Below, piece after piece: positions 20,752 through 33,119 of a DNA stretch of 36,981 bases; positions within the stretch are counted from its first letter, which is position 1, and each line of letters begins with the position of its first letter. This DNA comes from Eremomyces bilateralis CBS 781.70 (lineage: Eukaryota), in NCBI GenBank assembly GCA_010015585.1, contig ML975198.1; one strand, written 5' to 3'. A program made the position numbers and the translations under genes. A model generated the notes under the pieces. The model was not told the DNA's origin. It ran no database searches and saw only the letters and a program-made list of their open reading frames with translations.

Positions 20752-23700
20752 GAATTAAGTACGCAATAGCAATTCAATGAGGGACTAATATTATAGATAG
20801 GGAGTGGGTAGCCGAAGCCAGTAAAGATCGTAACGAGATAAACTCAACGAGAGGACGCAGACCCGAAGTCTACAATGGTGAACCGTTAACGCTCCGCTGG
20901 ATAAACTTGAAAAGCCGCGAGAGAACTGAGAAGAAGAGAATGAACGAAGAAACAGCGAGGGGGCATCTTGATGAAGAGGCGTCTCTGACTTTCCGCCCAG
21001 GACCGCAGGACTCCAGGCGGTCTGGGGTCTATTTTTGCCTACCGTGCACGGAGAAGACTAGAAGTAAGAAGCCTTGCCGTTCTAAATCCGAATGGAGTAT
21101 TCTCGCTCCATTCTCCAAGCATCGTATCCTGATCCCTGGGATATGCCCATAGTGTAGCGCTGCTAGGCATTCCAATGCCCAATCCATTTGGATATTTAGC
21201 AGCGCCATCATTACGGCGAAGCGGCAATGCCTGCTTTGTCAGGTACTTAACAGGGGGTTCGTGAGGTCTCAAGTCATGGTCGCCCTGCTAAAGGCGTTAG
21301 ACTGCAAGCCGTTGAATGTGGGAGAGGGAAGGTTGCATCGCATGATTATCGCGTGGATGGTTGGAACGGATGGTTGAGGGAATGAGGGGCGTCGCAACCT
21401 TGCGGTCGGTCAACCGTCCAGGCGTCGGTTAATATGGGCGTTAGCGTGATAAACATGATAAATGTAGGGATTCATCCTAGCCGCGCAGGATTTAGCGAAA
21501 GAAAACGCCTGCCAGCCTTCCGAATGGCGTTAGCTGACTACCTGTTCCTGGCATGGAGGATGCGCCCATGTGCAGGCGAGCCTAGAACACCTGGGATTCG
21601 GTACCTGCACAACTCCCTTGACAGTTGACCGAGAACAGCGAGGATAGATCTGGATTATTGGGCCGAGACTGGTTGACCGGTCAGCTTGGATTTGCGCCAA
21701 AGAGAAGCCTAATCAAAAAAGGGGTAGGATCAGCTCCATAGGGAATTGGTTATTGGACTTTGGAATTTGGATGAGAGAATTCCATGTTCGAATTATGAAA
21801 ATTGGACGACTGCAGGTTGTGGACTATGTCCACCACTATGGAAAATTAGTGTTGCTAAAGATATCCTAGAGCTCGATAGTAACGGGGAAGACTTCAACAG
21901 GAGCGGACGATGTAATTAGAAAATATTTAATAGTTCATGCCCAGGCAATCCTTTGATGGCGAACATGTTGTCCGGTAGCATTAATGATATTTAATTTCGG
22001 CTCGTTGTTCCAGATGTCTATGTCGTTGTCGGAGTTAGGCGAAAAATGCACAGGAAAAGCGTGACGCTGCAAGTACTAATTATAGTGAGTTCGGCCAATT
22101 TAGATTCGACAAGTCACCAATAATGAGCCCACAAGCGCCCAATCCCTTAGTATCCACGCCACCAGTTCGTTATCACTTTCTCCGCGGGTAATACGTACAG
22201 GAAATTTAATTTGTGCTTGCAATTTGGCTCGTCGACCCGAACGGGGCGCCGCCTTCGGAATGGTTAGGTTACCGTTGGAATCATCCAGCCTTCCGTCACC
22301 CTTCCAAATCCCTTCCATCCTTCCAGCATCCATAAGTATGACAACCAGAGTGTGGTTGGTAGTATAAATTTGATCCTACAAAGCGATGAGCCTTTCAAAA
22401 TCCATCCAGGAAGTATTATATGCGACTGAACCGGAAAGACGAAAACCATCAAACATCCTCGCTACCAGTGCCCAGTTCCCGCGTGGAAGATGGCTCAATT
22501 TCCGCTTGACCGGACAGCAGCTGGCTAGGATTTCCTAGGCAAATACTTGATTCAGGAATGGGGTAAATCTCGTCCGATTTGCATTTTGATCAGTCCCTAC
22601 TCCCTACATGGAATCCCTTCATCTCAGTTCTCGGCTTGACACAGGGTCTCGTGAAAGAAGAAGGATGCGCTGGTTTTGGTATTCCCCACTGGCTCCTAAA
22701 GTCCCAACTCTCTGGTCTTGGGCATCGATCCAGCCGTTCACTTGATCCAGGGAAACAAAAGGGACACGTTGGTATTGCGGGTCGGCTCACATCTCTCACC
22801 GCCCCTGTTATTCGCTACTCTCCCGCGGAAGATTAGAAATATGCATGTTCCACAATGCTTATGTCTCAGTTCGGAGGAGGACAGCGACAATATTATTCTC
22901 TTTGCACTATTTCAGGTGTGTAGGGAAGTGCATGCCGGGAACAGGAGGGTTGTCGATGGGGCGAAGAGCATACCACAGGCAGGAGACTCTATGTCATTGG
23001 TTCTTGACGTGCAAAGTTAAGCAGGCATGGTAGGTGTCTCTATGGTGAAGGAGGCCGATGCCGCGTGGCAATTAGCGGAATCGACCTCGCCGCTCACCGA
23101 AATTGAACTATCCATGGTACTGGTATCTAGAAGGAAAGACTTCATAGCAAGCTTCAGGCGGTACTACCTATCATGATCGGTACCCGCTCGCAAGTTTCGA
23201 ATTCGTGTTCGGTCGGAACCTTCACCGAACGATAATATCGCGAACTGTCATGACTGATCAGAGTCTTAATAAAGTTTAAATCTTCCATGAACCTATTCTC
23301 ATCCTCTCGACCCTCCTACCCAGCTTCCGAAAGCCCAGGTGCCATTGTCCAAGCAGATGAGACAAGCTACCACATTCTCCGCGAAGCTGTCCGCAAGCCT
23401 AACCCCCAATCTCTCCTGGTTTGAGCCACAAGTGGGCCCAACGCTTGTTACCAGGAAATTGTGAGTAGACATCACCAAATCCGAGGGTTTTTAGCGAGAG
23501 GGGAAACATATTATGTAGGTGAAGAGAGCGACCACGAGATTTGATTTGATTCAGTGCCCCCAGTCTCCTGCCCGCTACAGGTGCCCGGTTTCGCGGAAGC
23601 GAGCGGATGGTTCCCCTAGCCAATCTTGAGGGAGCCCACTCCAGACCTGTAGAGTGTACCAATTATGCTACATGACATATCGTTCTGAGGCGAAGTTGCC

Positions 23701-25596
23701 TCGCCATTGAGAGAGCTGAGTGACATTTCTGCCTTGCAACCCCCAAAGCGAAATTTGTCTGGAAATCATCGCTGTGGAACGAGATGACTGAGGCTGACAG
23801 AAGGAGTTTGGACAAAGGGGTGTGGACAGTGTGAGAGCTTGGCATGGGAGCTCCTTTTCCGATGGAAGATTCTATGGTCAACGTTGCAGGTATGAATGAC
23901 GGTGGCTGGCCGAATCAGTCGTTTCCCCAGCTAGACACCCCAGATATGCCAATGGATTTTCGAGCGAATAGCAGATGTCGAAGGTTCCTTCCACGGCCAC
24001 TGATTTTTGGAGTTAGATATACATACCATGTTAATCGCAATCAAGGTCTTCATTACGCTTCGAAGTCCCACGATATCGTAAGAAGCAAGTCGTCCAAAGC
24101 CGCAGGGAGCTAGCCTACTACAACTCTACACCAGTTTTCCATCGAGCTTAAACTGATTTACAAACCTTGCACGACCTAGGAGAATCCACCAATCCTCAAT
24201 GTCTCTCGAGTTCACGATGCAGATAAAGGTCCTGGCGACGAAGCCCTCAGATTGGAACCTCGCTGGAATGCTCTACAAAGTCAACTGGACGTTATGAAAA
24301 CGATCTGGAACGAACTCCACGAGGGGGAAGCTCATATAAAACTCGGACCGTCTCAGCGGCAGGAATCTCCATCATCAGCAGCCTCATGGGTCGAAAGTTT
24401 GCATGAACAAGGCCTGGGGCTTCAAAGGATGGGATATGCATCTCTCAGGCGTAGTCTGGAACAGCTGCCGTGAGAAACGCAGTAGTGGCAAGCGATGTCC
24501 ACCAATTATGTTATGTCATCATCCGGATGAGCACCACCATAGCCGATGCCTTATTGTCTTCCTGCCCGAGGACGCTACCAGCGCAGGAAATCACCCCACA
24601 GCCATAAAGTCGATCGATAGGTGCCATCCGCCATCCATCAGTGGTAAGGCGAGACCACGACAGCGAGGATCGCATAGGAGTGAATATCAATTAAGAAGCA
24701 GCAGAGGTACTTCCTCCTCCCTATGATAACGAAACTAGAATCCTGATTTCTGGTGCTCGGGCCACTGAAAAGGGGTCGCATTGGGAGATTGATCGAATTT
24801 GTCTCTCTCCCAGCTGGTGAATCCGTTATGGTCCTTGGGTATTAAAGGAACTTCGACAGGTGTATTACCAAGGTGACCACAATGGTCGATTTGGTAGAAT
24901 ATGTGGCTACCTCCCGGGGAGTAACGAGTCGTCTCAAGGTGATGCTGCGCAGAATTAGGGGGTTCGACTCCCCGTCCTTACCATAGTGTTTTGGGCTTTT
25001 TGGGGATTTTTATTGGCAATTCTTTCCATTACGTCTCTTCGGGCATTTGGCCTCGCACATAGTCTTTGAGGAGATCCAGTCTCTGCAATAAGGTTGGATA
25101 TGCGAAATATGAGTACAGCCAACAGCTAAGTCGAATTGTGCAACCCGTTGCCATGGATATGAGTTGCTCATTCCTTCCACAACGAGTTTTTGAGCGTCAT
25201 TTATCACGAATGCAAGTAGATAAGAATCCCATTTGTTAATAATCAATACGGCAGCTCTACCTTATAAAAAGTATAAGTCTGCACGTTGCAAAAAGGAGGG
25301 GCTATGTTGGTGGCGCATGCTATGGGCGCTTAAACTTCATATTAATCTACTACCCAACACAGGTACGGCATCGTTCGGTCATGCTACGGGAAACCAAGAG
25401 CAAGGCTATCTTCTAGGAATTCTTAACTTGTCCTTCGTCATTCTTGTCGTCCATATTTACCATATTTTACAACTCTGTTAATCCACCCTATCTGATACCA
25501 AAGGGTCCCATATCCCGAATTCCCATTAGAAGCAAGGACGAGGCTTGCGAGGAAAGACAAAGGCTATGAGTCCTGCCCTTTCTCACTGCGCCTCCA

Positions 25597-27553
25597 ATGA
25601 ACGGAGCAACCACACTCCCTGACGGCGTGCCAGGCGCCGTATTGGAGTCGAAGATCGAAGTCCAGTTCATAGAAGGATACACGAAGCATAGCACTTGGCA
25701 CAACTTTCGTCAACTCCAGACTCAAGGAACATGGGTGCGCCATTCGAAGCTTGGTAGAGGAGCGTTCGGTAGTGTATCACTTGAGACCCGCCGCTCGGGG
25801 CTGACAGGGAACATTGGTGTGCAACCAGTGCTTAGAGCTGTGAAGAAGATTAAGAAAGTGGACCACAGGGGAGATGGATTGAACTACTGGAAGGAGTTGG
25901 AAGCGATAGCGAAATTCTCGCAAGACCAGGTAAGATTACGGATAATGTCTTGTGCATTTGAGCCGACTTACCCATAGTATCAACCCTTCTTCGTTCGATC
26001 ATACGGATGGTACGAAAACAATGACTCGGTCTTCATAGCCATGGAATACTTCCCGTATGGAGATTTGCGGAAGTACATGCAGACGAACTGGGGATTTCCA
26101 GAATTGGAGGTAAGACTTATCATCAAGCAGATGTTGTCCGGCATCCACTTCTTACATGACGAGGGATTCGTCCACCGAGATCTGAAGCCCGAGGTAAGTG
26201 TCGACAGGTGGGTGTCAAAATCTTCAGTATATGTAAATAGTACGACTAACGTACCCAAGAATCTCCTGGTTGAACACATGGGTCCACGATGGAGGATAAA
26301 GATCGGTGATTTCGGAATCTGCAAAAACACCCAAGCAACAGTTCTTCAAACGAAGATAGGGACATTGTTCTATATGGCTCCGGAGGTATCACTGAGAATG
26401 TGGACGAAGCCTGATACTGAACCACTCGACTCGTATTCCTCTGCGGTCGACATATGGGCAGTCGGAATAATCGCCGTGGAACTTCTTCTTAAGCGCTACG
26501 CGTTCCTATCTAGTCCCATGGTAGGAAACATGCAGCTCAATCTCACTGGGGAAGGCGAAGAGCCACTTTCAGAACCGTGTCGAGACTTTGCGGGCAGGTT
26601 ATTGGCGCTCGATCCCAGTTCGAGACTAACTGCCAGAGCCGCTGGAGATCACGAATGGATCATTACAAGTAGTTTACCCCTGGAGGAGGACTACAGGTGA
26701 CGTCTCGAATCTAGGCGTGCCTGACCTTGTTAACCCCGAACAGATTCTCGATCGCGGAGACAGAACCGTCTGTCACAGATTTTACCGTGTCATCCGCCTC
26801 ATGCAGATGGTCAGACCTAGGATCCAACAGCAAAGCCTCAGGGTCATCGACCGGGACATTACCCACCACATCCCAGAATAGCACGATTGATCCTAACCTC
26901 CTAGCCCCCAACTTCAGAAGCCTCTCATTGCAAACGGTAGGGTTGATCCCCCGATGTAGTTGTTTGCGCTCGCTCACCACCATAACACCAGGGCAAATTC
27001 TTCATCATCAAGTCCAAAAACGACGAGAACGTCGAAAAGAGCATCGAGCGTGGCGTATGGACGTCGTATAATCGGAATAACATCAAGCTTAACGAAGCAT
27101 ACTTGAGCGCGACGGGGCCAGTCCTACTGTTCTTTTCAGTGGTCGGAAGGTAAGAGTCGGGTTTATCCCATACAATAAAAACCTCAACATCGCTAAAATT
27201 TCCGTACAGCAAAAAGTTTTGCGGCGTCGCGAGGATGACGAGTGAGGTCGATTGGGATAACACTGATAACCACTGGGTTGGTGGGGTATGGGAAGGGTAT
27301 GTATTGTCCTGTCGAATGAACCAACATTGACTGATTGGACGTATACTAATTGTCGTCATCAATGCCTAGGCGCTTCACGCTCGAGTGGCTTTCGATGAAG
27401 GAGGTCTGGTTTCGTCGGGTCAACCGTGTTACCGTGAATGCGAACAGTAACGACCTAGTATTGGCAGCAAGGGATGGGACTGAGGTATCGGCAGACGCAG
27501 CATATCAGATGCTTCGAGCATTTTCGGAGAACGGCACGAACCAGCAGCGGTAG
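25597..27553 (+). CDS. Ser/Thr protein kinase fused to a C-terminal YTH domain, ~535 aa; exons 25597-25929, 25978-26193, 26260-26696, 26744-26936, 26992-27149, 27210-27296, 27370-27553
   Basis: Kinase motifs GRGAFGSV, AVKKI, ELEAIAKFS, HRDLKPEN, DFG, GTLFYMAPE, VDIWAVG. An S/T linker is followed by KFFIIKSKNDENVEKSIERGVWTS..NN.KLNEAY...GPVLLFFSVVGSKKFCGVARMTSEVDW.....HW...VWEGRFTLEW...RDGTEV. Six GT-AG introns of 47-73 nt sum to 1608 coding nt with no internal stop. Confidence 0.85.
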
Positions 27554-27657
27554 TGATTCATGAGCGATGTGGATGGATTACTGATTGCTCATAATTACAT
27601 TATCATGCTAGATCTATACGCTCGTAATGCTCATCAAATATATCTAAATACATCATA

Positions 27658-30600
27658 TTATAACACCCAGCTCACTCGCTTTCCCTTCTGCACCACCTTC
27701 ACATCGTCAAACAACACCATCTCTCCCCTCCCTTCCCCCCTCCTCACTCGATCAACTCCCAAATGCTCCTTCCCATCCCTACCCAAATACACTCCAAACC
27801 CATACATCGCGGGCCCACCTACTCCCGCCACCCCCTTCTCCACATCCCCTCTCGGTTCCGGCACCGCCAAACTCTTCCCACTCTTCACCCTCACCTCCTC
27901 CCCAACTCTACCCCCACCGCCCACCAAGCTCGCCACGCTCCCCAAGAACCCGCTCCGCTGCACCACCACCCTCTGCCTGCCCAGCATCCGCGTGACTAGG
28001 TCCGCCTTGCTAGCGCACCGCGCGAACGCCGCGTCGCTAACCATCGGCGACATGTACAGCCAGGAGATAGTCTCAGCGAGGGAGCTGGAGCGGTGGGGGA
28101 GGGAGAGGGATTTATGGCGGGGCGTGAGGAGCAGGATGAAGTAGGGGAGTGCGTGGAGGGAGAGGAAGGCGCAGAGCGCGTAGAGCGCGGGTGGGTGTGC
28201 GGAGATGAGGGTGGTGCCGGAGAGGGCTGATTGGCGAGGGAGGAGGGAATGCGGAGGGATGGAGGTGGAGGTGAAGGCGGGGGCAGGGATGGAGGCGCGG
28301 GAGGAAGGGGTGGAGGGATGGAATTGGGCCCAGAGGAGACCGGAGGCGAGGACGGGGATGGCGAGGTTAAGGAGCGTTATGAAGCTGGTGTAGGCGGGGA
28401 GGACGTGCCCGTTTGCGGCGGCGGCGAGAGTGGCGGAGAGGGGGAAGCGGTGGACGTAGTCGACGAGGAGAGATCGGTCGGCCGTGGCGCCGTTGGAGGA
28501 GGAGAGGGAGGCGTAGGGTTGCAAGGCGCGGATGTGGAGGTCGATGGCCTGGAAGGTGAGGAAGAGGATGAGGCCGAGGAGGGCAGGGATGAAAGCGTAG
28601 AGGAAGTTAGGTGCGGAGAAGCCGGCATCGTCGGCGAGGGCGGGAAGCATGGGGAGGAAACCTTTCATCGTGGCGTTGTTGACAAAGCTAACAACCAAGA
28701 AGGCGATGAGGAGGACGAAGGCAATGACGAACCAAGCCACGGCGAACGTGTCGCGCAGGAACCAAGGGAGATAGCGCCGTCGGATGTCGAGAGAGCGAAT
28801 ATCGGAGCGGATCGAATATCCAGCTTCGATGTCTCGATGGCTTCCAGCCGGTATGTCCGACGGAGTTGATTTCTCCAGGATTCTGCCTCTTTCAACCGAA
28901 TACCTGCGAGTAGGTCCTCCTTCCTCTCCAATTCCATAGAAAACATCACCTGGGCGCTGGCTTGTGTACCAGTAACCCAGGCGATCAGTCCGGTTCCACA
29001 ACCGCTTGTGGAATTCTTGGGTCGTTGCAAATGTTTCGCTGTCCGCATAATCGGACATGATATTCGCTCTCTCGAGCATTGCAGCTATATCTGCAAGGGA
29101 TCGTGGATCCCACCGCAGACCGGTAGCTGCGCGTGCAGGCCAAAGGCCAGCCGCAATCAAAACAAGAGCGAGAAGTTGTAAAACATATAGTCCAACAACC
29201 ACCCAAACCACAATCTGGGCGGCAACCCATCGCCAAACGCCCCCGTCCACCGGCCCAAAGAATTTGACATTATAGCTCGATGCGAGCAGAGGGATCGTAA
29301 AAATCTGGAGCCACAGCAAAATCATACAGACGCCAAGCACTGGCTGTCCAGCGCGAAATTGCCGGAACGCTCGACTAGGTATCAGGAATTGTTTGGCCGC
29401 TAGATCGAGGAAGACGGCTTTTGTACGGGCCTTCCTCGATGGGCTGGACAATGCAATAAAGGGAGAAATTCTAGTCAATGCGATGTCGATCTGCATGACC
29501 CAAATGAGGAGAAGCATGCCAACGAGGGTGGGCAAATATCGAAAGAGGAAGTATCGGGAATCGCCGAAGTCTTGGTAGTCGAGGATGCCAGGGTTCTTGC
29601 GAGTGCTGAAAGAATATACAGCAGAGAGGATGAGGACGAATATAAGACCAACTAAAATGATCATGTACAAGATTAGCCAGATGGGGCGGAGGATAGAGGG
29701 GATAAATCGAAGAGGTGGATGTTCTGCTGAGTCTCGTGTGGGTTGGAATGGCGCAAAGATGTCTGTGAGTCGTCTCGCCGGAGAACTTTCTGGCCGGGAG
29801 GAGCCGTGCGGGCCATGATATGGAGAGGGAGGGTCGGGATATATTGGTTCGGTCTTTGGCGGTAAATGATGGCTCGGTCCCAGTATTTCCGACGATGCGC
29901 GTGTGTGTCCGAATGCCGCAGCATGGCCATCTCCGAGCGGTGGAGTGTGGAAGGACTCTTCACTGGGCGTGAAAGCCCCTTCTGGCACATCCACTGCAGT
30001 CGCACGTCCAGGTGTGCCAGATGATTGGCCTGGTAAACCCGGATACTGCCGTGATGCCCTGCTGACTTCTTCATCGCGGGTAATCTGGTCAATCGCAAAT
30101 CGAATGAACGGACTTGTGTCGACTCCGGGAGTTGTTGCAGGCGAGTACGGGTCCATTGCCTTCTCTTTATTACCACCCGCCAACGCAGGGTGGGTAGGTA
30201 GCCCAGCCTCAAGCGCCTTCAGGTCGTCCGCACCACCTCTTTCTTGGGTCTGAGAGCCGTCCGAGTGGCTTGACAAAGCCGGCTTCCGTCTCACCTCTTT
30301 TGTATTCGCTCGAGTGTGCGGTGATCCAAAGGAGGTGACAATATTGTGGACTTGTCCGTCGCCAGTAGTCAGAAGCCTCACCGTGTGCGGGTCTTGCTGT
30401 GCTGCGGCCGCTCGTTTCTTCTCATCGCTGGTTTCTGGAGTGATGTACTGCGATGGCGGAGTATTGTATATGATGGTGCGTTGCGGGGTGGCATCGGGAT
30501 CGAAGGCGCCGTCCCGGTCGCCGGTTGAGGAAGACGTGTCGGCGAGGGAGAAATAATCTTCAGAGGCGGCAATGCTATGGTTGGAGATTTGATGGAGCAG

Positions 30601-30744
30601 TTGCGGTTGACTGACTACAAATGACGAGGAAAATCAGCGAAATTCGGACAAGGATGCGGCGCTGGAGAATATGCAGGATCCGATATGATGCGGTCACTCA
30701 CCATTAGTGTCTTTCAGAGATACAAGCGGCTTCGGCTCTGTCAT
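27658..30744 (-). CDS. Multipass membrane protein, DUF3433-like, ~999 aa; exons 30744-30702, 30614-27658
   Basis: The long ORF extends upstream of the called GTG start to an intron (30701-30615, GTGAGT..TAG). Two repeats of a TM block (P.ILRP..L / YLPWFLR; FRYLPT / FIPALLG; R..PF / RALQPY) and TGLRWDPRSLAD, as I recall for DUF3433 proteins. Confidence 0.75.
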
Positions 30745-31186
30745 AGTAAAAAATCAAAACAATTTGCAGAAAGACTCAAACTCATAAGCTGACATTAGAC
30801 AGTATAGACATGGACATAAGGCTGAAGAAGAGAACAATTGGGACTCCACTGCGATACATCTTATGAAGGTAACAATGTATGAGTTTGGTGTGGCCGGGAT
30901 GCGGCTGGTAGCATATGTGTGGCTGGGGATAGCCCCCTGCTACAGAGATTGACGTGTCATGCTGTGCTGTCGATCCAAGTTAGTGGCTGATACGTTAGTA
31001 GCATTTTCGACCAAGCCAATTTCATTATTTTAAGTTGGCTTATCCCTTAGGAGTTATTAATTGGAGATTCAGTTGATGATGAAGTTGATACAGATCAGTT
31101 TGAGGTGAGCAAGAGGTTGGAACTGAGACAGGGGTTCCAGTTGTCCACGTGACTACAGTATTCAAGGCTCCAACCAATGGTTGGCT

Positions 31187-33119
31187 TACCTCAGCAAGCT
31201 CAGGCTATTTCTCAGGGGAGTCTAACCTTTTTTGTAAAAGGTCACGTTACTTTAACTACTCCTCTGGTAAATAGCCTGAGGATTCTGTCAATGACGCGCA
31301 CTGCTCTGCATAAATTTTGTATGTGGTTTGTATGTATCTCTGCGGATTTGACAAAATCACGATCCATTAATAACCACATCAAAACACGTCGTATGTACTC
31401 CAAAATCTGATCGATTGTGTATTAAAGTATTCTCTATCTCGTAATTGATTTTTTTTTACATGTCCATGCTTGTGTCGGGTGAAAAACGCTAATATGTGAT
31501 GAACTAGACCACACCGAAATCACCATCCAGCCATCGTTCCGGAGCTTACGGTCGAATGAGCCTGGAAAACACCCATTGGATGTCATATAACGCCTTTCTC
31601 GGTCGGTATTCACACGAATATCTATTATTGAACACATTTTGTGTTCATATTTCCCATGCGAAGCAAGGCGAGCGTTCGAAACGGGCGACGAGAGACTGTG
31701 GACATCGCCAGAGATCTCGTCCACGATGCCTATAGCACTACGAGTATGCTAGCTATACAGCGGCTGGTCGAAATTGCAAGAGACGTGCCCGAGGAAGTGC
31801 AGAAGGTCATCATCCGAGCAGGCCTAGACCGCCATCTCTACCCATTCGAGCCTCGTTAGAAGCAGGTAGATGTTATATGGCATTTAGTATTCAAGTAGGA
31901 GGACCTTCCTCTTGTAGCGAAGATATCTTTTGGTAAAAGTGTCATATTCCAGGTAACGCTATTGCTTTGTCGCGGTGGCATCGGCTTCATCCTTATCCCT
32001 TTGGATCGAATTAGACAGGAGTATATCGACGGACCGTCCCCTAGTTATAATCGGTCGACGTCTATATACTAAGAGGCGATAAGGATGCCTTTGTTTATTC
32101 TGCCACGGTTTCGAGATATCTGTGGGCCCTCTTGTAGCCTTTATAAACCCCAAGCTGGTGAAGAATATCGAGGACACGCCGTTTCACACCATTTGAATGC
32201 AGAAAGGCGTCAAATACGCGGGGAAACCTATTGCTCCCTTCCGACCCCCGAGAATAGCAGAGAATTAACGTGACTATCGCAATCCTGTGGTTAAACTTAA
32301 CAGGATCCCGTGGTAGTCGATCTTTTCTCATCTTAGGTGTCATAAGACTATTAAGCAATCTACATAGAAGAGGAGCACGAGTGCTAACTTGCTCGTATAT
32401 CTGCCTAGACAGTATGTCGCCTAGTATACACTCGTAGTCCTCGATTTTCTAACCCTCTAACTGTTTCCCCCTCCCTACGCCGGTAGGTAAAGTCTTCTCC
32501 TAGATGCAGTCGACTTAATAGGCACTAAACATATCTACGGCTTCTTCTAGTGCCTTCATTTCCTTCCTTAGACCCTTTATAGTGATAGTTCCTGCCGCAC
32601 TAGACGCGGGATTCTTATTAGTGCGTCTAAGACCTCTGGGCTCTGGCTAACCGTAGACAGCCTCAGCGAGCTATTTGGCTCGCGTGACAGAGCACTCTCT
32701 ATAACCACCCAACCCTTAAGTCGTCGCGTAGATGTAGATAAATTCTCAAAATTTAATGCTCTTTTCTTCATGAATTGACATATCTCATTTATTCTCTGTG
32801 GCTTACTGCGTCTTTGAGACCCTCTTACTTTCTGATGTGGTGCATTAGATGTGTTTGACGCAGCACTATGCTGAGGACTTGGAGCAAGTAGCAAAGTGGG
32901 CGAGTTCAACCGCGCGCTCTGACGACGCTGGTTTCAGGCCGACATGACCCAAAATTCAATCAATTATGGAGAAAAAGCAGGGGAATCGAATGGTTATATT
33001 TAATTGACGGAGCACAGTGTGGTAGTGGAAGAAAATGGAGTTAAAAATGGTCTTCCATTTGGTATGAAAGCTCTCCACACACACCCAAAACCCATTGACA
33101 GAATCCTCAGGCTATTTGT
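31187..33119. mobile_element. AcademH-like element, copy 2: degenerate, internally deleted, right TIR interrupted
   Basis: Left terminus TACCTCAGCAAGCTCAGGC. Stop-ridden helicase 5' fragment (~31640-32028, +) homologous to 33607-33996. Stop-ridden transposase exon 1 (32945-~32030, -) homologous to 5507-4595. 33093-33117 is the exact reverse complement of 31269-31293. Confidence 0.8.

Noticed and set aside
24950..24985. Complete tRNA gene
   Set aside because: Only a T-arm-like hairpin is visible; no matching 5' acceptor strand at a plausible distance.
20760..25590. Short ORFs in the 4.8 kb divergent intergenic region
   Set aside because: None gave a recognisable domain or consistent splice model; a decayed gene near 23800-24500 cannot be excluded.
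27560..28869. + strand ORFs 27560-28144 and 28231-28869
   Set aside because: Antisense shadows of the C-rich 3' half of the DUF3433-like gene.
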